In this document: piece by piece, positions 47,495 through 58,717 of the stretch
Numbering within the stretch: the first letter of the stretch is position 1
How the letters are laid out: each line of letters starts with the position of its first letter
Source: Anthoceros angustus
Lineage: Eukaryota > Plantae > Anthocerotophyta
Direction of reading: 5' to 3'
Assembly: GCA_010909165.1 (NCBI GenBank)
Contig: MU008181.1
Location: 558,001-622,000, forward strand
DNA: 64,000 bases
The notes under the pieces: generated by a model
Databases searched by the model: none
What the model saw: only the letters and a program-made list of their open reading frames with translations
What the model was told of the DNA's origin: nothing
Translations under genes and position numbers: made by a program

Positions 47495-49304
47495 TTCTTC
47501 TCGCCGATGTAGATCCCGGTATGCCTCGCTTTGTCCCATTCTCCTCAGGGCCTCCAACACCAATTAGACACACCTCGCTTAGTCCCATTCTCCTCAAGAG
47601 ATTTAGGCGGCAAGAGATTTGGAAGTGAACTTGCTTTGTCCCATTCTCCTCAAGAGATTTGGCCTTCAACAACAACTAGACTCATTGTCCCGCTTCTGCG
47701 CGGCAAGAGATTTGGAAGTGAACTTGAAGAAGACCAAGGTCATGTTTTTCAACCGGCGAGATTTAATGGAGCATAATCTAAAGTTCTTCTATAGTGGTGA
47801 GCCGGTGGAGGTGCTTCGATCTTATGTCTACCCAGGTGGCACTCTCTATGGCCCGACACTCCAGTGGAAGCTATATGCCTCTGCTCGCATTGTCAAGGGT
47901 GTGGCATCTGCATGTGGGGTTCGGAGATAGTGCTCTGGGATGCACATCAAGGACATCCCCACTCAGCAATGGCTCTTCAACACAGTTGTTGTTCCTTCGA
48001 CTGTGTATGCGGCCGAGTTTTGGGGACCTTACCTCTCACTCGACGACAGGTGCAAGGTGGAGGAGGTGCAGACATCCTTTCTTCGGCCCCACATTGCATT
48101 TAAGAAGTCTGTCCCCCTTGCTATCCTTCTTGCAGAGTTAATCACTTTCTCGTATCCTTCTTGCAGAGTTAATCACTTTCTCGTATCCTTCTTGCAGAGT
48201 TAATCACTTTCTCGTATCCTTCTTGCGAGTTAATCACTTTCTCGTATCCTTCTTGCAGTTAATCACTTTCTCGTATCCTTCTTGCGAGTTAATCACTTTC
48301 TCGTATCCTTCTTGCAGAGTTAATCACTTTCTCGTATCCTTCTTGCAGAGTTAATCACTTTCTCGTATCCTTCTTGCAGAGTTAATCACTTTCTCGTATC
48401 CTTCTTGCAGAGTTAATCACTTTCCCGCTTGAACTTGAGGGTCTATTTCGCCTAACCAACTTCCTATACCGCCTCCACTCTTTAGAAGAAGCTCAGTCTA
48501 ATCACCCCACCTCCACTCCCTCGTACCTGCTTCTTGCATTCCAGTCATCCCGGAAGTTAGCCTCCTCAGGAAACAAGACCTGCTGGTATGCCCAGTCTTC
48601 TTCCTGGCTCAAGAAGTTTGGGTTCTGTCCCGAGAGTCTTCCAACCCACCCCCTCTTTCAATTTCTTCCCCCTCCCCCGAATAAGTCCATCCGCCTTGAA
48701 CTACAAACTACCTATTTGTCTTATACATGGTCTCCTATCTCTCCCTTACCCACTAAGCTAGAAACTTACAAACAACTTTTTCGCATCCTCTTCACCTTTG
48801 GGAAACCAATGCTTCCTCTCTATCTTCGCACCCATGAATCCTTCAAGCTTAGGATGATTATGGGTCATCTTCCGGTTGGGGTCCCACCATCTCACGGTTG
48901 AGACTGGTAGATGGTTGCATCCAAAGCAACCTAAGGAGACTTGAATATGCAGGTTATGCAATAGGGATGTTGAGACCGAGGAACACTTTGTTTTCCTCCG
49001 TCCCATATATGAAGATATCAGGCATACATTTATCAATCTATTTACAATAGCTCGATCTTCACTCAGGGGTTTTTTCAATTTTCCTGACCCTATTATTGCA
49101 GGAGTTTGCTTGAAACAAATGTGGAAAATGAGGACCAACCAAATTCAACTTCTCAACTTGCCGGATGTTTGATCATGCCTCACAGCACTAGTCTCTAGGC
49201 CAAAATCAGAATAGAAGCTAATTTTCATCATGCCCTCAGTGTATTTCTGTCAGATCCGTCCCATGACGAAAATCCGTCCTTAGTGGACTTAAATAAAATT
49301 CTTC
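47495..49304 (+). mobile_element. 5'-truncated non-LTR retrotransposon (LINE, RTE/L2/CR1-like) RT C-terminus and 3' end
   Basis: LALSHSPQGLQHQLD, LQQQLDSLSRFCAARDLEVNLKKTKVMFF, RSYVY, LFNTVVVPSTVYAAEFWG, ETEEHFVFLRPIYEDIR; ends in a stem-loop + AATAAA motif. Confidence 0.85.
48120..48425. repeat. 31-bp tandem array (~10 copies) inside the LINE ORF
   Basis: Unit CTCGTATCCTTCTTGCAGAGTTAATCACTTT. Confidence 0.95.
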
Positions 49305-51284
49305 ATCATTCTTATCGACCGTTCAATGTTCCATCGTTAAAAATGCTGGTAATGATCAAGTTTTCTCATATCACTATAACAAACCGCTCACAACTTGCTG
49401 ATCCGCCCGCGGGATTTTGAGGAACGGCTCCAAAAATTTGCAAGGGTCGAACTACTTAGGCCACCATGTGGGCAGGGACAAATTCCCGGGAGTGCGCCAC
49501 TGCAGCGAGCCGCTGAGGCAAGGCGCGCGGGAGCTGAAGACAGACGCGGAATGTCAACCACATTCTACGGTTTCTACTTGCATGTCTGTCTTGTGCTGCG
49601 CTTTGAAACAGGATTTATACCAACCATCCATGCCTGAAAACAGATGTGTCCTTCGAGCACGGGGCTTTGCCCTATACACTTGCGGCCAAATTTTGAGGAG
49701 CATGGGCTAAGAAAGACAAAGGCCGATCCTATCATGCCTCCGGGGACTGAACGTTCCCCAACCACGATTCTCTTCTAAGCAGAACGTCATACCTGACAGA
49801 CACTCACTAACGGACGTCTACCGCCATTTGTTTCGCCGTCTCATTCCGATCGGTTGTTAACTACAATACCGAGTTTGTCACAAAACCCGGCTTTCACACA
49901 GATGGGGCACACCAGGTACTACAGAAGCCAACCAAGGGTCGCTTCCAAAGAGTTTCTGCAATTGCCAAGCCTGGAGGAACCGCAGATGAAGGAAGAGGAA
50001 ACTGAAAGACGAGCTGCACCTTGTGGATGCCTTAAACAGAATAACCTAAAACCTGGTGCAGAAGCTCCTTGTGAAAGGACGGCTGGTCAGTGGCAACGAA
50101 ATGGATTACCTACTCAAGAGCCCCAGGCTGAGGCTTCAGCACCACTTGAACAGTCAACAAGGTCTTGTGCAAGACGTGAAATCGTTTTAGCTGTGCAACT
50201 CATGGATGCATCATGGCGCCAGTGCAGGCACTCGGGATTCCTTGCCGCTTCACGGCTGTGTCAGCCTCGGCCTTAACCGTCTCTCCGATGGCACTCCGAG
50301 GGCCGTCGTCTGGTGGATGACCTGCTCCAACCACGCGAACGCCGACGGCCCGACACAAGCGAAGTCGATTTCGGGCCCCTCGACTGTTTCTCACGCCCAA
50401 CCCGTTGTGCGTTCCATCGCACAGCGTGACCGCATTTACGGGGGACACATTGCAATGGCCGCAAAAATTATGTTCTATGAGGGATAAATTATTATGCGTC
50501 CGGCGCGTACTGAGGAAGATACACACCACTGCGCTCTCTAGTCAGAACACGTAGCAGGAGTAGCTTTTTCTTTAGAAAACCGAGTAGACTGGCAATTCGA
50601 CAAGTGGCAATATGTTGTACAAGAGAAACGAGACTTATGTTGCAGATGAGAGTAAAAAGGATGACAAGAATTTCGTGTCCGATTCCGACTCATGGTTGCT
50701 GGGAACACATGCAACCAGAGTAGTTGATCTGGATTCCGCTGTACAAGACCATCAGCAGTGGCAGTCACAAATCACTTTCTTCTTCTACCTCCTTTCCTAA
50801 GCCTAAGGTATAGGACCAGTAAAACTGGCAGCTACATTAGACAACCCATGTCACAGAATACATATGCGGATAGCAAAAATGACATTGGGCAAACCAACCC
50901 TTACCGCGCTGAGCATGGCCTGGCACTTTTTGTCAAGCCAACTTGATCCCAGCCCTCTTCACTCACCTGTAGCACAAGAGACTGCTACAGAAATTATGAG
51001 ACGGGACAGCCATCTCCTTCACCACACAAAAGCAAAGAGGGTCAGGGCAGGGCACTCCGGGCAAGTGAAACAATGACCAGAGCCACTCACATGCTCCATG
51101 GTGTAAGTCCTGCAACCGTTGAGCGGTGCAAGCCCGCCGTGGTGTGGTGTGGTGTGGCGTGCTGGGCTGCCCAGCCCGGCAGCTGTTGCTCCTTGGCGCA
51201 TCCCATTGCCACCGCCGTCGACAGATTCATCCTCACAGATAGGGCAGGCCAAGACAAGGAAGGATAAGCACCACCAGCAGAGAC

Positions 51285-52220
51285 TTAAACTGCATCAGAC
51301 ACAATATCTACAAGCTCAGAGTATGCATCATCTGGCACGCCTAGTCTCGTGGAACCCGTCAAGCCAAGCCGTTGCCTCATGTCACCCATCTCCTGCTGCA
51401 ATAAGTAGACGCGTTCCCTCAAAGTCAGGTTCTCGTCCTCCAAGGCCGCAATCTGCTGGTCTTGTTCCTCCACCCGACGCTGCAACACCGGCAACTCCTC
51501 TCCCCGCTTGGGTGGGTACGTGAGCTCGAAACGCACCAAATCCTGCTCCAACCGCTGCTCCACTCCTCGCATCGACTGCTGCTGCGCAGATCCATCGCCA
51601 CCAGACTGCACATAATCGCCATCAGGAGTTCTATCAACATGGACAGACCCCATGTCACTGTCATCATCCGATGAGCGCAACCGAATCAAATTGGTCATAG
51701 AGCCATATCCATCTACTCCCCACTGCTTAACCTCCTCCATCACGACCTCTCTGTACAAGGGCAGGGGGGAAGACGCAGGCAGCGACGCCACATCCACCGC
51801 CGGAGAGGCCATAAACCCCAGCGCTCCCGCCCTCTTCGACTGCAAAATGTAAGAGCTCGTATTCCTGGGCGCATCCGGAGGGTTCCGCCACTTCGACACG
51901 TAGTGCTTCCTCGTCTTCACCCGATTCTGCCATTTCAAATCCAGCAACCTAGGCGGCTCGTAAGCTCCGTACGCTCCTCCTCCTCCTCCCAACTGCTTGC
52001 ATTTCAGCGGCTGGAGAGCAGCATCACTTCCCTTGACGCTCCATCGCTTCCTGTTGTTCTTCATCATGGACCGGCAATTGCTTTCTATCACCCAATTGGT
52101 TTTGTTTTTCTTATCGGAATTGCTTTGCTTGCCTCCTACCTTGACAACTCCTCCTTCTCTGATGCCTGTGCCTGGATATCTTTTCTTTGGGCGGACAGTC
52201 CTCCTGATCCCAATTCCCAT
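51285..52220 (-). CDS. PRLI-interacting factor A-like protein (basic region, PxAPRNT motif, C-terminal coiled coil)
   Basis: Long uninterrupted ORF with PDAPRNTSSYI, WGVDGYGSMTNLIRLR, VEQRLEQDLVRFELTYP and LEDENLTLRERVYLLQQEM, as recalled for the plant family of Arabidopsis At5g19900. First ATG at 52220; an upstream exon is possible. Confidence 0.8.
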   Translation of the reverse strand: MGIGIRRTVRPKKRYPGTGIREGGVVKVGGKQSNSDKKNKTNWVIESNCRSMMKNNRKRWSVKGSDAALQPLKCKQLGGGGGAYGAYEPPRLLDLKWQNRVKTRKHYVSKWRNPPDAPRNTSSYILQSKRAGALGFMASPAVDVASLPASSPLPLYREVVMEEVKQWGVDGYGSMTNLIRLRSSDDDSDMGSVHVDRTPDGDYVQSGGDGSAQQQSMRGVEQRLEQDLVRFELTYPPKRGEELPVLQRRVEEQDQQIAALEDENLTLRERVYLLQQEMGDMRQRLGLTGSTRLGVPDDAYSELVDIVSDAV

Positions 52221-53482
52221 CTGGGAACCTGCCACCACTCACAGCAAACTCCTCTTGCAAGCAAAAGCCACAAAAGGTTAAGCGGTAGCCTCTACTACCT
52301 TCCGGGCAGCCAAACAGGGTACAGAGAAGAACAAGACCCCGTGCAGAGTGGCCAAACCCTGAAACACGCCTTCCACCAGCAACAACAAGCTCTCTTCCCT
52401 TGCACCTGAATGCCAGACAGGAAACCCAGACCGATGGCCTCCTGTAAGAGAGAGAAACAACCCCAAGGCAGCTTTGTCACGATAAACGCACAAAAAAGGG
52501 GGGGCCAAGAAAACTCCTCCAGCTTCTCATGTATCTGCAAGTGACGTTTGCGACACTGTGATGTATGATGCCGTTTGTTATGCCCCCTGATTCCCCTTGG
52601 TATTTCCCAAGACCTGGAGGCCAGACCACCACAGCGGAGCAGATCACCGTCTAGGAAAGACTCTCGGTACAGATGCCAGGAACAAACGACAGGAGGAGAG
52701 GACGGAAGAGGTCGGAATTAAAACGCTCGCACAGCTCACGTCGAGAGCACGCACAGCCTCAACCTGGACCCCGGCACACCAAGCTCTTAGCCGGATTAAG
52801 CGAGGCAGGCGAGGCAGACGCCAACCGATGGGACGGACGGACAAAGCACGAAAGACCAGGACAATTCTTCTCTGAAGGCCACCGCGCTTGCGAGGGTAAG
52901 GGGGCGGTGATCCCTGCTCTCCCACGCTAGGCCCAGGCCTATCCCACAGACACCAAGATGTTGTATGGTAAGAACCCTGATGTTAACGATGTAGCTAAGC
53001 TACCACAAACACACGAGAGAAGGGAAAGGGCCCAAGAAAGCGTCGACAACTGCCGCCACTAGCGGCGCAACCGGTGCTTTAAGTTTTGCGTCACGAAGCG
53101 CGAGCCGCGAGAGCCAGATACAGAGCGGCGGGGCGAGGTGAGGCAGCGCAGGGAGGGAAAAAGGCTGAGAGGGCCAGGCAGGTTGCCGCTCCCGGAGGCG
53201 GTTGGTACACAAAATGAGGAGAACGGGGAAGGGGTGGGGATTATAAAGGCCTAGGGCTGAGCCGAGGCGGTGCACCCGACGTGTCCCACACGCTCTCCTG
53301 AACCTTCTCGGACCTGTGGTCTCGTCTGGGTACGAACCACAGGTTAAGGGCCTGTGGTCTGAATTGGGTATGAAGTTCTCTGAACCACAGGTTACTGTTA
53401 CTGCGCACCGGAGGCCTTAGAGTTGTCGATACACATTATGCAGTTGCTTTCCTCCAACATAGAAAAATAAAAATAACAGAAA

Positions 53483-56400
53483 CTACTCCTGGAGCACTCT
53501 GTTTACCAGTTTTAGCTGCACAACGTAGCTCTCAAGCATGCCCACGTACTTCGAGTCTGCTGGAGGGACGGGCGATGGGTCCCGCCGTTCCACTGCCGAT
53601 CTTGCTGATTGATGATCCAGAAGTTGGCTGTCACGACCTGAGCACATGCATCTTATGGGGTCAGCGGAATTTCTGCTACGGGGGGAGAAGTGGGCTAGGA
53701 TGGCTGGCGGTGGGCTTCCTTTTGTAACTTATTTGCAGCATGCAAAGATGCAGACGCTAATAAGCAAAGGAGGCAAGGTGGCTTTGGGAGGATTTATCAC
53801 CGGCGTCTTCATCTGGTGATTCACTGCACTTGGGAGGTTGTTGTAGGTCCCTGTACGAGAGAAAATATGTAAGCCACCGAGCAATGCTCAACTGAACTCA
53901 TCTCCTCAAGCACATGTGAGGTAGGGTACCTTGTAAGTGGCAGGCTGCCTTTCTCTGCTGATGTCTTAGAATCGTTGCCTGCTTCCTTAAGCAAATTCTG
54001 GAGAGCAGGTTTAGGGAATATCTGCAAAGTGGAAGTCAGCTCTGGATGTGGACAAAGTTTGGCCAACGCGCTGGCAAGGCCTGGAGGATAAGTCCGCTTG
54101 TAGCTTTCCGTGGCTTGCGACGAGCAAGCTTTGTCCAATAGCTCAGGCGCTGTGCTTATGCGCTTGCCGTCAGGTGCACGTTCTCTTTCCCGCTTGGTCT
54201 TCCAATCAGTTGATTCCTCCAACTTTGAGTTCTCCCATTCCTTTTTTATTTTTCCCAACGAGCGATTCAAGACTTCTGCGGGCTTCTTCAACCTGCTGTC
54301 CGAGGTTGATGATTGTTGACGCAGCCTAACACCTGCATTGCTCCTGGATGTTCGGGGGAGGATGGCCCCTAGTTTCGGAGTTTCAACTTTTTTGGAAATT
54401 CGAGGGGACCCCTGCTTCACAGTGGCGTCGCCAAGTTGCCTGGAAAACGCATGAGAGTTACCAGTGGCCCGCGTGGCTCCTTCCTTTGTTCCCATGCCCG
54501 TTCTCCCGCTTGACTTTCCCATGTAGTCCTCTAGCTTTCTTCGGGTTGTCCTTCCTGGCGGGGTATTGACTTCCAAATCATGCAACTCAAGCATTGCCTC
54601 ATCCGCATGGGAAAACATCCGGTGACAAGTTTTTCCTGGCAATTCCTCCTTCGCAGGATTGCCTCTCCTGGAGTGTCGCCCTGCGAAGCCATGTTCAACG
54701 TGATCAGAACCCAAAGATGCTAACCTACATGATTGACCAGAAAATAGGTTGTCGTTGTGCGAACTTTCTGAACGGATTTGTGAACGATTGTAGACGGCAT
54801 TAAATTCTTCTTTCCTGTTCCCAAAAGACAAGAGTTAGTAGCATCGTACAGGGCTCGTTTTTGGATTTATCGGGTAAATTTGCTGTGCAGCATTTCAGGT
54901 TGATGGTTTTACACGACATACTGTGAATCCTTGGTAAAAGGATGCGGACTCTGCAGGTTGTTCTTCTCGTCATGAACGGGGACCGTCTTGCTCGAGCATA
55001 TGCTTCCTGGTATCGTGTTGGACAGCTCATCTGCATGGGGAACAAATTGTGGACTTCCTGCGATTGTGCGCAGAATTTGCAAACCAGACCGTTCTTCCTT
55101 TAGTCAGATTCCCAATATGGCAAGCAGGAAGTGTCAAGATTATTGGCCAAGGCACACCTGATATCTTCCGGTTCTGAGAAGCCGCTTTCGGGCTGAAGAG
55201 AGCTTGGACGGTCAGCTTCGTATGCAGTGTGTGCTCTTCCTACAAACTCAAAAATATAGTGTGCATGGGTTTCAGAAGGGCTAGCTACCTGAACTCCGTC
55301 CAAATCATAGGACTGTCCTCCATATCTTGCTCGCGAGTTTTATGCATGGTCTCTGACAGATGACAGCATGGGGACATTGAAAGGTGACATTCGGGCTGTA
55401 CATAGGCTCTTACAACGGCACATGCAGTAAGACCTGCACGTGATGGTTGCATCACTGCATATTCGACGATTCTGCAGCACCAGTATAGAAATGTAGGGCA
55501 ATACCTGGAGAAGATTTGAAAGGCTTGCAGTCACCTTGATCACCCCAGAAATGTTCCCTGCAACATGAGCAATCGTCAACTAGAGGATCCTCCTGCACAA
55601 GAGCCGCATAAGCATCGCAGCTGAAAAGTCTTGATCTTGGCGATGTGTACAAACGTGAGATCTCTGGAAGGATCATGGTTTTGTCGTTTAAAAGGCTCGT
55701 AATACTGCTGAGCTTCTTGTTGAACGTGACTCACAGGTGACAATGGTCCCACAAAGTAGCTATCCTTCGATGAGCTGGAAGCATCATGAACGTTTGCCTT
55801 CTTCGAGGCCTCTGCAATTTCCAACACTTTTGCTGCAGGGTCACACATACCCACAATGTCGATGTGGCTGCAATCTGATTGAAGGCACATGTGAATCAGC
55901 TTCACCTTTTGCGTTCTCTGTTGCCTGCCAAGGAGAACATCCAAATCGGTGCCTTCGCAATGTTCAACAGACCTTGTTAGTTCGCAGAGGGAACACACAG
56001 AAACCTAAAAAACGAGATTGCAAAAACTGTTATGGCCAGCAGCTGTTGGCTGTGCCCCGTGTGCAAGGCATTGAAAGACGTGGCCATCCAGTGAAAATGT
56101 GAAGCTGTACCTTACAAATGCAGGAGTCTGTTGGAGGATAAGGTCACCAGCAGCAGCACAGCCAAGATCTAGCTCCTTGTTGCCCAAGAACGCAGGAAGT
56201 CCCCAAAAAGGCACGTCAGGGGAGAGGCCATCTCCTCGCAACATTGCGTCAGAGATGCTGTAAAACCGTTCCTGTCCAGAGGAAGACTATCAGAAGATGA
56301 GAAACCCCAGCCGATGAACAACACCAGCTCATTTCAATTGCTCGGGTTTCCGGTGGTTCCTCCTGCAACAGATGTACCTCTAAAGCGTTTTCACCCCAGT

Positions 56401-58717
56401 ACGGCCAATGCGGATCTCTGCAATCCTCCCAAGGGTAGGAATTCACAAAGGGAATCGAGTGCTCCATCTGGCTCCGGATACTACTAGTCACCAAAGATCC
56501 TTGCTGCAATGCACCCGAATATTCACACCGGGGTTCATCCAGATCCATGTCGTAACCATATCTTCCACTCTTTTCCCCGAATTCATGTGCTCGGTTGAAA
56601 CTCGTTGCCTTTGACAAATCGCAAGGCTTATTGTGATCCCCGTCCTCAAAACAGAAAGGCGACCCCGTGTGGTCAATTGATGCATCAAAGAGTTCATCAA
56701 AGCAGCCGGGGCTCTGATAAGACACGGGTTCCCACGTAATCACATCTCCAAAACTGCAAGTCACCCTTTCAGCTCCTGCCTGAGAATAAGGTTTGCATTC
56801 GTGGGACTCCCCTAACAGCAGTTCGCCTCCTACGGGTGACATGTGCTTAATAGCGTCATAGGGGAGATCCAAAAGACTTTCTGCCTGCATGCAAGCAGAG
56901 AAAATGTCGTAGAGGGTCCTATGAATTCACGCTCATCTTCTATAAAGTTTGTTCCCTTTTACTCGAACTACGCAAAATTCTCCTACAAGGCATCAGAGCA
57001 ACATCCCTACTCATCAAACAGCCCCCAAACGTAGCTCAGCTCTTTAAACGGTAACAACTGGAAGGGAGAAAGTGATCAACCACCTTCTGTCTCTGAAACT
57101 GGAATCCTCCCTTTGCATCCGAGAGATTGAGTCTGCTTCCAACCTCCTGAAGTAAATGTGGGAGCAGAGGCTTTGGCCTGCACAGCAGAGATTCAGCCCT
57201 CTACAGCTACGGAGCCTCCTTGATTAAGGGCTTCTTCACCAGCAGGAAAGAAGTATACACAAGCACCTGAGACTGGCAGACGCCAAGGGGTCTTGGAAGT
57301 TAGTGTTCCAGGTGGCCAGTTCCCCAGTACCTGCGAGCTTATCCCCACCCTACCTCAGTATATGGACCCGCTTGAAATGAAAGTCCGGAGGCTCGATGGA
57401 CAAATACCAACTCACCTGGTAGAGCAGCCTCTAAGGATGGCTGGTTTTGGAAGAAGAATCGATCTGCTCCAGTTCCACTCTCAGGGCCGTGTGGGAGATT
57501 GACTTCTGTTGCTACCAAGCATTGACCGACATTAATGATCATGGAGCCTTCATGACCAATCCACTGTGAATTATGTCCAGCATGCTCGTACCGGCCTCTT
57601 CTGCTATCAGACTTGCTAGCTTTCTCCCATCCCTTCTCACACAAAGTGGTGGTAAGCCTTTGGATGTAGCATGCTTCCTTGGTCGGTCCGACCTCTCAAC
57701 AAGCTTTCCAGCACCCAGAGGGGTTGGTGTCCTCGGGCTCTCACAGCTGCCGAGATATACACTTGTTTTACTGTCCCACATGTTTGCGAAGTCTGTAAAT
57801 GCAGATCAGGTCCAGGATCTTACTTATTCTTCAGTGTAGCACAGCGCTTCGGAGTTCTGGGAACTGTGTAGAAAAACAAGTTTCATAGTTAGCGACTCAC
57901 GGCTCCTATTCAAGACACAACAGAACAGGTTCATGGACGTCTCACACCCTACAACATTCCGCACCGGCTCGGTGTGATCGCTTCGCGCTTTGCAACACCG
58001 AAGCACCAGCATCAGCGTGTACAGGTCTCGCCTGTTTCTTGCCACCGAATTTCCCAGGAGCTGAACTCGAAAATTTTGAAAATATGTTCAGACGGCAGAC
58101 ATCTACCACATGCTACAATTAGCATCCAAATTACAAGCGAAGAACCTTCAATGTTCGGTTGAGGCCCTTCGGACGTAGCGGGAACGTCCTCACAAAGTCT
58201 CCGCAAACATTGTATGTCCAGTGACTTGAGCGCTTTCTGCCGACAGGCCCGAGGTTCGTCGCCATTTGGCAAGGCTGAAGTCCCATCTGCAGCCTGACCG
58301 GATCGATCTTGCTTCCGTTGCTCGAAGGACTGCTTCTGCCTAAGCATGTCATCCATTCCAGGGAGTGAGCAAGTTTTCAAGCTCACGACTACAGGCAGGC
58401 GTCAAGACATCAAATTCAGAGGGCTTACCTGCGTTGAAGAGAATTCTTGGACTGCCACAGGAACAAAAACACTTATCAATGCATGGAGTAGGACGAAAAG
58501 CTGGTGAAAATGCTTGCCGCTGCAGGAAGTCCTCAACCTATCCAGCAAATTGGAGCACACACGCATCTAGAAGGGAAGCAGAGTCCTTCATCGACAACAA
58601 AAGCGGCATTGCGCAGCAGCTTGCGAGCACACGATGCAGATTAATCACTACGCATCACGAAGCACTTCAACTCACAACATTGATCCTCTTCCGGGCGCCT
58701 CCCATCCATTGGAGCAT
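53483..58717 (-). CDS. HEIP1: HEI10-interacting protein 1 orthologue (meiotic crossover factor; human C12orf40/REDIC1 family), multi-exon
   Basis: Exon 1 58717-58676 MLQWMGGARKRINV; exon 2 58451-58429 SKNSLQR; exon 3 from 58339 RQKQSFEQRK...KSLDIQCL; long disordered middle (ORFs 56249, 55576, 53821); C-terminal MLESYVVQLKLVNRVLQE-stop at 53483. Internal exons not fully resolved. Confidence 0.8.

Noticed and set aside
48120-48425. Second 31-bp array as a CRISPR array
   Set aside because: No spacers; the unit derives from the surrounding LINE ORF.
49395-51270. Short ORFs between the LINE and the PRLI-like gene
   Set aside because: No recognisable motifs or consistent exon chain could be established by eye.
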